Source: Enterobacter phage N5822. From it: a stretch of DNA of 56,000 nt. Below are positions 11,576 through 23,060 of the stretch, piece after piece. The stretch is taken from sequence record MW032452.1. The stretch is one strand, 5' to 3'. Numbering within the stretch: position 1 is the first letter of the stretch; every line of letters begins with the position of its first letter. The position numbers and the translations under genes were made by a program. A model generated the notes under the pieces. It made no database searches. It was not told the DNA's origin and was given only the letters and a program-made list of their open reading frames with translations.

Positions 11576-12205
11576 TTATTTTCCTGCGTGCATCATTTCG
11601 AGCGCTTTACTTTCCATGATCCGCAAGTCATTCAATGCCATTTCCCGATCTGTAACCTTGTATATTTCAAAGAGCATCGGGAGGACGTTGTAATCAAGGC
11701 CATAAGCGCCGCCACCAGCAGATCGCCATTGAGTTTGCATTGCGCAGAATACATCCCATGACTGCATCATTGATTCATCAAATATAACCTCTGGCGGTTC
11801 CTCGCCTTCATAGTCTGCCCTTGTAAGGCCAACCGCCTCTAATTCTGCATCAGTAGGCGGCTTTTGATAAAACAGGTAGACGGCGCGTTTTAGTTTTTAC
11901 TCGTTGACCAGCCAGCGCGGAAAGGTATGCACCAGTCAGGGCAAGCGCAGCGCTGGATAAAACTCGACGAGAGTTTTGGCGTTTTCCTCGTTGAATTCTT
12001 CCTCAAGGTTCCAGCCCGTCGCAAGCTTCATGATGAAGTCTGAATCGGTGACAATGTTTTCGCTTTCGTAAAGCTCCTGAACTTCTTTTGCTTTCAAGTG
12101 GCGAACGGTGAAGGTGATTTGACCCTCGTCGCCGTTAGGCATCACGAACGATACGGGCAGTTTGAAGTCTGGAAGCGGTGCGAGTGTCAGCTTAATCTTT
12201 GCCAT
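11576..12205 (-). CDS. Tail assembly chaperone G-T fusion, probably made by -1 frameshifting
   Basis: ORF 11936-12205 continues in the -1 frame through KLKRAVYLFYQKPPTDAELEAVGLTRADYEGEEPPEVIFDESMMQSWDV... to 11576. Confidence 0.7.
11890..12205 (-). CDS. Tail assembly chaperone G-like (short form)
   Basis: MAKIKLTLAPLPDFKLPVSF..., ending at TAA just after the A-run AAAAACTAA once indels are allowed for. Confidence 0.65.
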
Positions 12206-12276
12206 TGCTCTTTCTCCTAAATAGCACTTTTTGTTAAAAGTGGATTGCTTGAATTTGGTAGAGTGATTTTACAGGA

Positions 12277-12302
12277 ATAAAAAAGGGGCGCAACGCCCCT
12301 TG
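12277..12302 (-). terminator. Intrinsic terminator after the major tail protein
   Basis: aaaaaaggggcgcaacgccccttg. Confidence 0.7.
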
Positions 12303-12305
12303 TGA

Positions 12306-12964
12306 TTAATCCTGCGATGCAGGAAGGAATGTGTAGCGGCCTTTCAGCGAGCAAGAAAGGGAAACAGTTTCCATTTCGTTAACCGCAGTTTGCGGGATCT
12401 CGTTGAATGACAGAACGCCAGCCCAGCAACGCATTTCTTTCGCTTTCGGTACGTACATACGCATTGCGGTGACTTCGCCGTTTTCATCTGCCTTGCGCAG
12501 CAGAGGATAGATCGCGTTGTCGTACTCGTGCGCAAAGGTGTACGTCAGGGAAACGGCGCTCTTGTAGGTAGGTAGCTGCTGCTCCTGGTCGTCGGACAAG
12601 CATTGATAAGTGTAATACTGCTGTTCGCCGCCGTCCTGCGCAAGATCCTGAACGCAAGGAATCTCAGACCACGCTTTAATCTTTGCGATCTTTGCAGTTG
12701 CGCCGTTAGGGAACACGTTAGTGTCGGTGGTGTCGATACCTTCAAGGGTAGCGCTCACTCCACTTGATACCTCACTAACACGCAGGACGCGATCCAGCAG
12801 TTTGCCCCGGTGGACTCTGTGACAATAACGTAGTCACCCTTTGCGAGATCGTCAGTGTCGCTCATGGTGAAAACTGGTTTTTCTGCGTTTGTGATTGCGC
12901 TAGCGGAAAGCTCGGAGCCGCGAGACGCCTCGATAAAAATCTGTGAACCGTTTGGAAGATGCAT
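12306..12964 (-). CDS. Major tail tube protein (frameshifted)
   Basis: MHLPNGSQIFIEASRGSELSASAITNAEKPVFTMSDTDDLAKGDYVIV... plus ...MSATLEGIDTTDTNVFPNG... Confidence 0.8.
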
Positions 12965-12965
12965 G

Positions 12966-13367
12966 TTATTCTCCTTTTGTGTCAACTCTTACAACAAACC
13001 GGATCGGAACAATCCAGCCCGTTTCTGATTTCTGGACTGACCGGACGCTAGCGCCCTCGTAGATGTAGCCCACGTCCAGCATTTTACCATCTTTGAAAAA
13101 ATCAGCAATCTCTTTTGCCAGCTTGCGCGGCTTGTCTGTTCCGGTGCCAGGCGCAAACGTGACATTGATTTGAACCATCCCCATATACGACACGCATTTG
13201 CGATCAAGAGACAACCGCAACGGCTCGGATTCAACGTAATGAAACGCTAACCACATTGAGCCATCGCTCGGCGGAGTAAACTCCACGTTCTCATAAGCGA
13301 TTGCGTATCTGTTTTCGTATTCGGCGGCGAATGCCTTGCGTGCCGCCAGCATGAGATCATAATCCAT
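12966..13367 (-). CDS. Tail terminator-like protein (U-like / DUF4128-like)
   Basis: 133 aa ORF MDYDLMLAARKAF... preceding the tail tube gene. Confidence 0.6.
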   Translation of the reverse strand: MDYDLMLAARKAFAAEYENRYAIAYENVEFTPPSDGSMWLAFHYVESEPLRLSLDRKCVSYMGMVQINVTFAPGTGTDKPRKLAKEIADFFKDGKMLDVGYIYEGASVRSVQKSETGWIVPIRFVVRVDTKGE

Positions 13368-13797
13368 TTTTAGCCCTCGACTCTCTGATAGCCTCCGCCA
13401 TGAATGAGCGCAAGCGAATTGCAACGATACCAACAACGCCAGCGGGAGCCTGTTTTGAATGCCCGTACTCTAGCGCGTTGGCGTAGATAAGCATATTTGA
13501 AAAGTAGATAGCGCGAACCGCGCCGCCTCCACGCATTATGGCGCGAATGGCTCGCTCTCCGTATGCGATTGTTTTACTTCCGTCCTTGTCGTACTGGTTG
13601 AGCGCGTAGAGCGGAGGCTCGTTTGCTGTTACTTGCCAGTTTCCTCGGAATCTTCCCGTGTCAACTGGCGAACCCTTAACGAGCGCCTCCTGAACCTTCC
13701 CGCCGAAAATCTCAATGCAATCAGTCAGGCCGCTCTCAACCGCGTTTATCCACTTGTCAATATTGCCCTGGAATTCTCGGATTGAGTAGTTAGCCAT
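13357..13797 (-). CDS. HK97 gp10-like head-tail joining / tail completion protein
   Basis: [21 protein letters not shown]...KGSPVDTGRFRGNW motif typical of gp10-like proteins. Confidence 0.7.
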   Translation of the reverse strand: MANYSIREFQGNIDKWINAVESGLTDCIEIFGGKVQEALVKGSPVDTGRFRGNWQVTANEPPLYALNQYDKDGSKTIAYGERAIRAIMRGGGAVRAIYFSNMLIYANALEYGHSKQAPAGVVGIVAIRLRSFMAEAIRESRAKNGL

Positions 13798-14161
13798 GAA
13801 CCGCAACCCTCCGCAGGATTGGACGATAAGCAACCGTTAGCCCCGTTGGTCTGATTGGTCTTGCCTCAACGACAACATAGCGCTCGCCGTCAACCTCGAT
13901 CTGGTTCCCGTTCTTGATCTCAATGTCTGCGTCAAATACTCCGAGCTTATCAGTTACGCGGATTGTTTCGCCGTCAACCTCTCGGACTTTGGGCGCTCGA
14001 ATAAGCCCTTTGATTGTCGTCGATTGCTCCGGCTTTTCAACCTCAACTCCGCCTACAATCTCAACGCCGCCTCCGCTAGTGATAAGCTTAAACACACCAT
14101 TGCGATCACTGAAAAACGCGATTCCAGATTTAGCCATTCGTGCAATGTTAGCGTAATTCAT
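13790..14161 (-). CDS. Head closure/connector-region hypothetical protein
   Basis: [27 protein letters not shown]..., overlapping gene chain. Confidence 0.6.
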   Translation of the reverse strand: MNYANIARMAKSGIAFFSDRNGVFKLITSGGGVEIVGGVEVEKPEQSTTIKGLIRAPKVREVDGETIRVTDKLGVFDADIEIKNGNQIEVDGERYVVVEARPIRPTGLTVAYRPILRRVAVHG

Positions 14162-14558
14162 TAGCAAGACCTCCGCCGCAATCCAGTAACAAGACCAAAA
14201 CCTCCCCACGCTTCCGGTTTAGCGCCTCGTACATTTTGCCCCACGGAGTTTGTCGGATCTCCTTGCCGGAAGAATCAGCGGAAACGCGATCAAACGTCTG
14301 CGAAAACTCACCAGTCAGGGAGAATGACGCGACGCGCTGAGAATAAGATTCTACGCTTTCACCCTCTTGCTTCATGGCTCCGTCAAGCGTCATAAGGTGC
14401 AAAGTGTAGAGCGCAACCGCTTTGGTGTATGAGTCCTTGAAACGCTTCTTACAAACAAACTCCTCTGCTAGCTCAATCCACGCTTGGAGCAAGGCCGGAT
14501 CGACCTCTGCAAACGGAGGCGCAATTTTTACGATCTGGTCAATAACATCTTGATTCAT
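14148..14558 (-). CDS. DUF4054-like head-tail connector protein
   Basis: [35 protein letters not shown]...[12 protein letters not shown]. Confidence 0.7.
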   Translation of the reverse strand: MNQDVIDQIVKIAPPFAEVDPALLQAWIELAEEFVCKKRFKDSYTKAVALYTLHLMTLDGAMKQEGESVESYSQRVASFSLTGEFSQTFDRVSADSSGKEIRQTPWGKMYEALNRKRGEVLVLLLDCGGGLANELR

Positions 14559-14923
14559 GTTTTCCTCCTAAAGAAAAGGGAGCACTAGGCTCCCTCATGA
14601 TTAAAATTCGCCGCCGTCCTCAAGCTCGCTTTTAGTCTTGCCCTCGGTTGGGCTTGCTTTCTTGCGCTTGCTCACGCGCTCCCTTACTGCTTCGGTCTTT
14701 TCGTCGTCGTTCTTAACTTTCAGATCGCCGCGAGCGATTAACATTTCAATGCCGGAAGTTTCCAGATCCGACTCAAGGACTTCAATTTCATCACCGGAAC
14801 ATAGCGATCACCTTTGATGAAAATTGAGCAAACGCCAGAGTTTACCAGTGTTACATTTTTTTCTTTAGCCATTACTTTATCTCCTGAATAAAAAAGGGAA
14901 CCTCCAAAGAGGCTCCCATGATA

Positions 14924-15883
14924 TTACACGCCAGTGATTAACACAAGAGTTAACGGGCGATAGATTGTCAGGCCAGTGCATTTAGAGGTGCAAGGCACTT
15001 TGAAATGCAGGTCTTTAGGCTGCGCTGGCAGCATATTGAATGCCTCAGGGATCTCAATGGACATATTCATTGGATCTTTTTCGTACACCAGTACGCCCTT
15101 GCCGCCGGAACCGTCGATATCTTCAAGCTCTGCGATTGCTTCAATGGTGATACCGCCGTTCTGCTTCTGGAAGTATTCGGTAGCTCTCGGTGGTGTTTTC
15201 CATGCGAACCATCAGGACTTTGCGCACGCTTGGCGGGATCAGAATGTGGGTGGCGCGGTGCTGCCCGTTAGTCTGAGTTTCCAGCGCTTCGATTGCCGCA
15301 GTCAGGTCGTCGAAAGCTTGCTCAGGCTCTTTTGCCTTAGTGCTTGAGTCGTACCATTTTTTAGCCGCCACAATCTTGGTGAGGTTAGGATGTTCAAACA
15401 CGCTCAGAATTTTGTGCGGCTTGGAACCCTTGAACACCGGGAAGTTAACAAGCTGATCGTGAGCATTCTGCGCGGCGTTTGCCTTGCGAGCGCTCAGGCT
15501 CTTACCAGTGCGTTGACCTGCTTTGATTTCGTCAATGGAGATCAGGAACGCGTTACCCGGGCGGAACACTTTACCAAACTCAGTAGACATCAGCGCGTCA
15601 ACGGTTGGCAGGTCGTCCGTGTAGTCTGCGATGATTTTCGCGTAGCCGACCTTATCAAAGGTCTGGTATTCGAAAGTTTTGTCCGTGTCGCTCAGTTCGT
15701 TGGTGACAGGGAACACACGCAGTGCGGAGCCTACAGGGTATTCTTTTTCGTATGCAGAGGAGCGGATTTTGTGAAGCTCCTGCGCAGTCCAGATACCCAT
15801 GTCGGAAGCGTCAGCTTTAACGCCCTGCATTTGCAGGTGAGCGGTAACTACGCTAGCGTCAAATTCGTCATACTTTTAGTCAT
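14924..15883 (-). CDS. Major capsid protein (DUF2184-like, frameshifted)
   Basis: MTK(K)YDEFDASVVTAHLQMQGVKADASDMGIWTAQELHKI... Central ORF 15141-15830, ending ...TIYRPLTLVLITGV*. Confidence 0.78.
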
Positions 15884-15965
15884 GTTTCTTTCTCCTTAAA
15901 AGGCTGTTAGCGATTAACAGCCTCAATGATAGCACTTTTTGTTAAACGTGCAATAGGTTTTTATG

Positions 15966-16426
15966 TTATTGGGTAATCCACACGCCAACCAGCGATAGAT
16001 CATGAGAAAATTTCTCATAGTCTCCGGTAAATACCCAGCCTCTAGGGGCTTGCAGGAACCGCTCAGGAAGCGACGTTATCACGCCACCATCTGAGATCAT
16101 GACGCTATCGCCCTCTCTCGGCTTATCTTCATCCGGCAAAATTACAGCCCAAACCCTACCTTTGGTTATAATACTGACCTCTTCACCTTCTGGTATTCCA
16201 TCGCCAGCGCAGCCGTGCAAGTTTGCGATCACTATGCCGCAAGCCCCCTTCGCCTGGTCAAATTCTCCGTATGTTTGGTACAGGTCAATCATTCCGTAGT
16301 TTGAGACTGCAAACCCAGCAAACACTCGATCACCAACGACAACCCCGCCGCCGTTTATCGTGCTGATTGTTGAATCAACTAGAAAGCCGGATTAGCGCAT
16401 CCAGATATAACGCCGTAGTCAATCAT
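15966..16426 (-). CDS. Structural cement/decoration-like protein (frameshifted)
   Basis: ...RVFAGFAVSNYGMIDLYQTYGEFDQAKGACGIVIANLHGCAGDGIPEGEEVSIITKG. Confidence 0.5.
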
Positions 16427-16468
16427 TCTTACCTCCATAAAAAAGGCGCTCAATGAGCGCCCTGTTTG

Positions 16469-16946
16469 TTAAGGTTTAACCTGTACCTCAATCAGCTTGA
16501 GGCCGTCAAACTCGGTAAAGTCGCCAGTGGCGATCCAGTTCGGCTCTACAGTGCCGGATTCGGTGTCAACCTTGCCAGTGGAATCTTCGATCTTGATCGC
16601 AGTGCCGTATGGCTGTTTGGTCTGACTATCTACAGCCAGCATCCAAACGCGACCCTCATTCATTACGTTGATTCCGCCGCCAGGCACGTAAACCATTCGA
16701 CCATCAGCAGAGGTTGTCTGGAAGTGGGAGCGAATCGCCACACCGTAAGCTTTGCCGCTGGTTGCCATAGGCTTGATCAGCTTGTTACCCATAGAGTCAA
16801 CGCCGCCATTCTGAACCGCTACGCCAACGAACACATTCGCGCTGCCGTCAAGAACGCAAGCGCCGTCGATGTTATAAGCTGAGGTGTCGGATACCCGCCG
16901 GCAGGGCGCGCGCCATTGTAGCTTGATAAGTTGCTGGAATTGCCAT
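16469..16946 (-). CDS. Structural cement/decoration-like protein (frameshifted), possible paralogue of the neighbour
   Basis: ...NVFVGVAVQNGGVDSMGNKLIKPMATSGKAYGVAIRSH... Confidence 0.5.
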
Positions 16947-16958
16947 GTTTATTTCTCC

Positions 16959-18074
16959 TTACTGTACTTTAGCCAAACGAGACGCAGGATTCAGCGGTTT
17001 ATCTTCGCCGTCTTGCTTCTCTTGCTTCTCTGCATCGCCTTTAATGGCTTTGCGCTGTGCTGCCATTTTATCAGAGTTTTTCGCCAGATCAAACGCCGCA
17101 TCAATATAAGCGTCGGTTTTCTCTGCGATGTCAGCGCCAGTGACCTCTTTGACGTATGCAACTTTGATCGCTTTTGCGTCCAGTCCGTCGCACTTAACGC
17201 CAGCCTCACCAGCAACCGCAACCAGTTCGGCGTGCGCCTCTGCGTCAGCTTTTGCCTGAGCAACCGCAGCCTCGATTTGTGCCGGAATGCCGTCTACTTT
17301 CGCTTGCAGTGCATCACGCTCCGCTTCCAGTCCGTCAGCTTTTGCGGTTGCTTCATCTGCTTTTGCGGTGATCGCGTTGATGTGAGCGGCCACCTCTTTT
17401 GGCACGTCAAACTCTACCGCGCCGTCCAGTTTGATTTTTACGGTCATAACTTCATCCTCTTTGTTTGAAAATTCCTCGTCATGATACGGGAATTCCTGCT
17501 CGCTATCAAGATTTAATTTTGCGATACCTGCACGGCCTTTGAACACCATAGCAATATGATTCACGCTGATATTCGTTTGAACCGCATCGAATCGCACCCA
17601 ATCATCTGAATCAGCTTTCCAGCCCTCCGGCATATCTTCATCAAAGAAGTATTCACCAGTGGCATTATTCCCCCAGCCTGGTTTATCAATATCAACGGAG
17701 GTGTAACCAACCGATAACTCCGCCGTCTGTTTTGCTTTCGCGCTCTGAATGGCTCGCTTGTCGTAAATGCTTAACGGAACCTCAACGCCGATCCCGTTTG
17801 GCACGCCAGCGCCAGCGCACGCGCCAACTACAACCTCTTTTGCATTCTCCGGCGTAACTGTTACGTGACCGATTGTGATCGGCTTGCCGGAAAACGTAGC
17901 CAGTGAGTCAGCCTTGAAAACCTCCGAGGCGGGGCGAAACTCTCGGCGCTCCCCAAACGGAGTCTTGTAAACCTGCAAGCCGATACGGGCAACAATCGGA
18001 CGGTCTACAAGAAAACCGTGCTCGTCAATCTTTGCTTTCACCTGAACGCTATCAAAACGCTGTACCTTTTTCAT
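16959..18074 (-). CDS. DUF2213-like capsid assembly/prohead protein
   Basis: 371 aa; ...RREFRPASEVFKADSLATFSGKPITIGHVTVTPENAKEVVVG... with coiled C-terminus. Confidence 0.8.
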   Translation of the reverse strand: MKKVQRFDSVQVKAKIDEHGFLVDRPIVARIGLQVYKTPFGERREFRPASEVFKADSLATFSGKPITIGHVTVTPENAKEVVVGACAGAGVPNGIGVEVPLSIYDKRAIQSAKAKQTAELSVGYTSVDIDKPGWGNNATGEYFFDEDMPEGWKADSDDWVRFDAVQTNISVNHIAMVFKGRAGIAKLNLDSEQEFPYHDEEFSNKEDEVMTVKIKLDGAVEFDVPKEVAAHINAITAKADEATAKADGLEAERDALQAKVDGIPAQIEAAVAQAKADAEAHAELVAVAGEAGVKCDGLDAKAIKVAYVKEVTGADIAEKTDAYIDAAFDLAKNSDKMAAQRKAIKGDAEKQEKQDGEDKPLNPASRLAKVQ

Positions 18075-18834
18075 TCAATTCTCCTCTACCATTTTGGAAT
18101 AGCCCAACATCTGCAACCGTATTCCTCACCAGGAACGGGTGAATCTCGTCAATCCCGATCTCCTTTCCCTCCCATTGTAAGTGTTTGAGTCGCTCGCGCT
18201 CGTCTAGCATACCATGCCAGTAATAAGAATTCACCCCAGCATCTATCAACCTCTGGCGCATAAGGCGGCTATTCCACGATCCAATGATTCCCGTTGCGCG
18301 ATTGCCAGCCCATGAGGAGTAAACAGCGAAACGGCGCTCCGCGATCTCGTTCACCTGCTCCGTTTTCTTTCCGGTGAAATTAGCCTGGCGTATGTTCGTA
18401 GACCAGTCGTTAATTATGTTGGTGAGAAGCTTGTCAAACGAGGCGGCGCTCATGTTGTACCACTCGCCGTAAAGCGTTTTATACCATTCCTCGCTCTGAT
18501 TGGCTCCGACTGCAATAAGCAGGATGATAACTGGATTGTTAGCCCCTCCGGTTGACTTCGCAACATTGATCCACTGCTTAGAGTTGAATTTGTATACAGC
18601 CGACGCGAGCGCCGGAAGCAGACCAATCAGGGAGAGCGCAAGCTCTTTTGCGAACTCCTTTATCTCGTCCTCTGCGCTGCTGATCTCTTGATCTGTAGCG
18701 TCAAACTTCATCGCCTTTGTTTTGCTGCGCATAAACACAACCAGATCCCTTACAGCCTCTTTAATGGAGCGGCTAAGTTGCCGCTCGCTGGCTTCGGGGA
18801 ATCGCCACTGTTTAACGATTCCTTTTACCTTCAT
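18052..18834 (-). CDS. Mu gpF-like head morphogenesis protein
   Basis: ...ERRFAVYSSWAGNRATGIIGSWNSRLMRQRLIDAGVNSYYWHGMLDERERLKH... Confidence 0.78.
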   Translation of the reverse strand: MKVKGIVKQWRFPEASERQLSRSIKEAVRDLVVFMRSKTKAMKFDATDQEISSAEDEIKEFAKELALSLIGLLPALASAVYKFNSKQWINVAKSTGGANNPVIILLIAVGANQSEEWYKTLYGEWYNMSAASFDKLLTNIINDWSTNIRQANFTGKKTEQVNEIAERRFAVYSSWAGNRATGIIGSWNSRLMRQRLIDAGVNSYYWHGMLDERERLKHLQWEGKEIGIDEIHPFLVRNTVADVGLFQNGRGELNEKGTAF

Positions 18835-18837
18835 GGA

Positions 18838-20112
18838 TTAAACCTCCGTTCCCGGCTCCGGCTCCGGCTCCGGCTCCGGTAGCTTGATTTTGTTGCCGTC
18901 TTTCAGTTTAAGAGACGGAGCGATAGAGCGCAATGTGTCGCGTCCTTCCTCAACATCCATAAACTGACCTTCAATCGCTTTACTGATTGAATCAATATTT
19001 TTATTCAAGATCTCGGCCTGGTCTTTGTCGCTCGGAACCGAAAGCGGATCAAACGAAATAGACCATTCTTGCTCTGCGATCATGAATGGCAAGAGGAATT
19101 CCGGGATCGGCTTATAGTCCTCTTTGCGCTTGCGCTCAATTAGCTTGTGATAAGTGTCAAGCGCCGTGTTTTGGCTTGCGCTAACGCCTCCGGTGTTTTT
19201 GTTCTTCAAGATGATTTCATGGATTCCAGTAAGCGAAACGATGCGATCCATTTTCTTCTCAAGGAAAGTGTCTACGCCGGAAATATCAGAGTTAAGCACC
19301 TCGTATTCCTCGTCCGTCGCGTCAATGCCGATTGCCCGACCAACGCCGCCCTCGTCGTCAACCTGAGCCAATCGCAGCCGCGCCGCCGACACGCCCTCTT
19401 CATCGTCGCACAAATCCGCGAGTCCTTTAGCTTTCCAAACTGCTTGCTGCTTGCGCCGCAAAAGCTGAGTTGCCAACTCCTCACAATAGTTGTAATCGTG
19501 GATTGCTTCGATCAGCTTTTTGTTGAGGATTGACGCACCCCAACCGTCATTTTTCCGGCGCTGCTCGTTAGGTAAGCGCTCGCCGTCGATGATGCAGATT
19601 CGCGTGTAATGCACCTGGTACTCTGGAATCTCGCCGCCTGGCATGATGGTGTACAAAACAGGCTCGCCGTAGCGCACGCTCCGAGCGTTTGTTTCTCGCT
19701 TCTCAACTCGGATCTGGAATCGGTCATAAACGCGAATATCTTCAAGCGGCGCTCCTTCTTTGACTGGAGATTTCAACATGCGCCCATCGTTGATAACTGC
19801 GACAATGGCGGAGCCGCCAAACAAGCGCGACCAACAAAGCGCGTCAATGATTTTAGCGTTTAGCTTCTTTTCATCCCACAAAGAGCGGAATGCCGCCTCG
19901 TCTTTCACGCCTTCAACGTTAAAGCCTGGTGTAACCATGTCCTCCGGGATCACGTCGATGATTCGCTTTGCCATACCGTCACGCTCGTAGAATGTTGCAA
20001 GGCTCTGCTTTGCAACGCCGCCCTGCATATAAAATGGCGTTTCTACTCGCTGCTCTCCCTTAAAGATCTCGTTGTAGCCGTCAGCCTTAACGAGTTTTGT
20101 TTTCTCGGTCAT
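18838..20112 (-). CDS. Portal protein, DUF1073-like
   Basis: MTEKTKLVKADGYNEIFKG...FYERDGMAKRIIDVIPEDMVTPGF...LCWSRLFGGSAIV..., adjacent to TerL. Confidence 0.85.
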   Translation of the reverse strand: MTEKTKLVKADGYNEIFKGEQRVETPFYMQGGVAKQSLATFYERDGMAKRIIDVIPEDMVTPGFNVEGVKDEAAFRSLWDEKKLNAKIIDALCWSRLFGGSAIVAVINDGRMLKSPVKEGAPLEDIRVYDRFQIRVEKRETNARSVRYGEPVLYTIMPGGEIPEYQVHYTRICIIDGERLPNEQRRKNDGWGASILNKKLIEAIHDYNYCEELATQLLRRKQQAVWKAKGLADLCDDEEGVSAARLRLAQVDDEGGVGRAIGIDATDEEYEVLNSDISGVDTFLEKKMDRIVSLTGIHEIILKNKNTGGVSASQNTALDTYHKLIERKRKEDYKPIPEFLLPFMIAEQEWSISFDPLSVPSDKDQAEILNKNIDSISKAIEGQFMDVEEGRDTLRSIAPSLKLKDGNKIKLPEPEPEPEPGTEV

Positions 20113-20130
20113 TATCTGATCTCCCATAAT

Positions 20131-20158
20131 AAAAAAGGCTGGAAAAGTCCAGCCTTTA
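20131..20158 (-). terminator. Intrinsic terminator between terL and portal
   Basis: aaaaaaggctggaaaagtccagccttta. Confidence 0.7.
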
Positions 20159-20183
20159 TTGTACACGCTTTTAGCAATTCGTG

Positions 20184-21752
20184 CTATTTCTTCCGTAGCC
20201 CAGCAAGCTTTTTCATTCGCGCTACTGGATCGTCTGCCAGGTTCATTTCAACGTTAACCGCATCAACGATGTTATCTACGATATCGTCGTTCGGGTGCGA
20301 GTCGTCGAAAGTGAAAGCCGCCACCTCTGCGAGAATCTCGTTTAACATAGGGTGACTCTCTGGCAGTGCAACGCGTCCGGCTCTCATTACTGGCGCGGCA
20401 TCCATTGCGCGGGTAACTTTGTCCGTGCTGCGCTGAACGGGATTTATATCAATAGGCAAGCTCTTTTGCGCACCCTGAATCAAACCCGTACCGCTAGCTT
20501 TGTCCTCTATGTGGATCCGGCGCAAGCTGCCGCACTCTTTATTACGCTTCCAGCATTGATTGACAAAAGCCTTGAAATTCGTTTCAAGATCTGGAGCCTC
20601 CCACTTTCCACGTATTCCGTCGATAAAGTAAACGCGATTCTTGAACATGCCCCAATAACAGAAAACAGAGTAGTCGTTAAGCTCTCCGGCTTTCTGCGCT
20701 GTATCGCCAGTGATAAACGTATATTCAAAGCGATCAGGTTTCGGCAGCGTGCATTTCTCGCCGTCGCCGTAAAACTGGAACCAATCCACCTTGAATACGT
20801 TGCCACCCAGCGCTATTGGCTGCTGCTGGTACTGAGACGCGAAAGTATATGGATCAGCTTCGCGTAGCGCGAGCAAGTCCTTTGCGCTCTCCTTTGCAGG
20901 CCAGAATGAGTAATGCGCCACGCCGTCAATGTAAACTGGCTCGCTATTCAACACGTCACGCTCAAACTCTGGCTTTAACCAATCAGGGAGAGAATCGCCA
21001 TACTCTTTCGTGACCAGCGCCGGAATGCTCACAACTTTAAACTCAATGCCACCCATGCCGCCGCTAGTCATAAACCACGTCGAATCGTTGACGTGTAGCC
21101 GCTGCTGAACCATCACAATAGGCGTTGTGTCCTTCATTCGACGAGATCGGACGGTGTTTTTAAGTCGGTTGTGAATCGCTTCGCGCCGCACCTTTGAAAA
21201 CATGTCGTCAGGCTTATCTGGATCGTCGAGTACCAGCATTCCGGTAAATCCATCATCCATGTAGCCGCCACGCAAGCCCGTAACCTGGCCGCCGATGGAG
21301 CGAGAGTTGACCTGCAATTTAACCTTGCCGTTGCCGTCCTGAACAATCAGATCTTTCGCGCTCGCCTTTGCCAGCTTGCCGGCCATAACTCCTGCCACTC
21401 TGGAGAGCCTATAATTTCCTTAATCCGGTTGCTGTTCTGCTGCACAAGTCCATCGGAGAATGACAGATTGAGGTTTCGCACCTTCTTGCTTTTCAGTGAC
21501 GCGTAAGGTGACATATGGATCGAAAAACCTCAGTTTTGCCTGAGCCTGGCGTGATGTTGAAGATCACGTTTTGCGATTCGCCGGAAATGATTTTCTCCAC
21601 CTCGTGACACAAATAGCTGAAATGCCAGTTACCCAGAATTTCTGACCCTGTAGCAACTGGAACCAGATTCGGATCATCTTCTCAAAAGAGTATTCACTCA
21701 TTTCTTTAATGGCGCGTTTCTGCGCCACTGTTAAATCTTCCCATATCAGCAT
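20184..21752 (-). CDS. Terminase large subunit (frameshifted)
   Basis: GMLVLDDPDKPDD...SQYQQQP...FITGDTAQKAGELNDYSVFCYWG...DDIVDNIVDAVN. N-terminus MLIWEDLTVAQKRAIKEMSEYSF. Confidence 0.92.
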
Positions 21753-21754
21753 AA

Positions 21755-22284
21755 TCAGATCTCCGCCAGGATATCACGAACCGCCTCGCGCACTTCATCG
21801 GCTCCAACCTCTGCGATTGCAGCGCTTGATTCTGAGTTTGCGCTAACGTTGATTTGCGTAGGCTGGTCAACCCCGTGTCTTTAGCGATGAATGCAGCGTT
21901 AATCACGCCGTTAGCCGCAAGCTGGAATTTCTGCTCATAGATCACGGATTCGATAAACTCCATGACCTCAGAGAAGCCAGGCTCTTTCTTCCATTTCTCC
22001 ATCGCGCAGCGCGACCAGCCGCAAAACAGGCGCAGACCGTTGAACGTGAAAACGCGCGGCTTGTTTACCTCGTCCTGGTAAGTGCGACCACGGAACGATG
22101 AAGATTCAGCCGCCTTTAGTGCGTTGGACTCCGCCCACTCAAAGTATTTGACCGCAAGATTGAAAACCTGCTCCGGCGTGTATCGGTGTTGCTTGCCTAG
22201 AGTGGCAATGTCGCCATATTGCTTGTTATATAGCTTCTTGAAGTTGTAAGCCGTGAAGGGCTTTTGTTTTTCTTCTCTGCTCAT
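21755..22284 (-). CDS. Terminase small subunit (frameshift near C-terminus)
   Basis: MSREEKQKPFTAYNFKKLYNKQYGDIATLGKQHRYTPEQVFNLAVKYFEW..., immediately upstream of terL. Confidence 0.78.
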
Positions 22285-22358
22285 GGTTAATCCTCCTGTT
22301 GTTGGAGGCCAATTATAACAGGCACAAAAAACCCCGCAAACGCGGGGCTTCGGTTAAT

Positions 22359-22586
22359 CTACGTATTTGACGGTTTTCCGTCCTGAGCGGTATTCTTCCG
22401 GGATGCCAGCGTGAATCTTAGATGCCACGCTGAGGAATCGACCGCGCACTTTCCAGCGCTTCTCTTTCTCAATCCAGATCGCGGAGGCGTACCAGCCTTT
22501 TTGATTGCGTACTTCTGCGCTGCGCCACCAATAACCATAACCATTGCGATAGCGGCAATGAATCCAATTACAAAGCCTAAAATCAT
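22359..22586 (-). CDS. Small membrane protein
   Basis: MILGFVIGFIAAIAMVMVIGGAAQKYAIKK. The C-terminal part may be frame-altered. Confidence 0.5.
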   Translation of the reverse strand: MILGFVIGFIAAIAMVMVIGGAAQKYAIKKAGTPPRSGLRKRSAGKCAVDSSAWHLRFTLASRKNTAQDGKPSNT

Positions 22587-23060
22587 GATAAACTCCTTAA
22601 ATAGTCGATTGAAAATTTATGGGTTTCTGGATCTGCGCCAGAAAGCTCTTTGCAAACTGCGCCGCCTCTACCTCGTTTGAGGCTGAAACCTCGCATTCAA
22701 AAACTTGCTTGCAGGAGCGGCACTGTCGCCCCATTCGCCGGATGGTCAGCTTAACCTTCCACTTCATCTGGCTTATCCTCTTGAATCTTGATCATGAAGT
22801 CAGAGATTCGGCCTAACATCGCCTCGCCTTTCTTGAATCGTTTCTTGTAGCGAGTCTTAACGCCGTTTCGCTCTACGATGATGGTCACTTTGGCTGTTTC
22901 TTCTGGATATCGTTTCATTGCTTTCTCCTGTTAAAACGCCGCGTCTTACGGTTGAATAACCAGCGCGGCGCTGTAGTTGCCAGTATCGCCTGGCGCGTTG
23001 CTCGGTTGAGCCTCTTATGTTCACGGGGTTTAGGTTAACCAATCAGAGCCGTGACGTCAA

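Noticed and set aside
12222-12250. Plus-strand cassette promoter at 12222 (TAGAGT 22 bp away) and at 15930 (TATTGG)
   Set aside because: Poor -10 matches and only minus-strand genes nearby. Treated as operator-only variants.
16884-17468. Long plus-strand ORF (194 aa, Cys/Phe-rich) opposite the DUF2213-like gene
   Set aside because: Low-complexity antisense of a well-supported coding gene with no RBS. Many similar antisense ORFs in the track were ignored.
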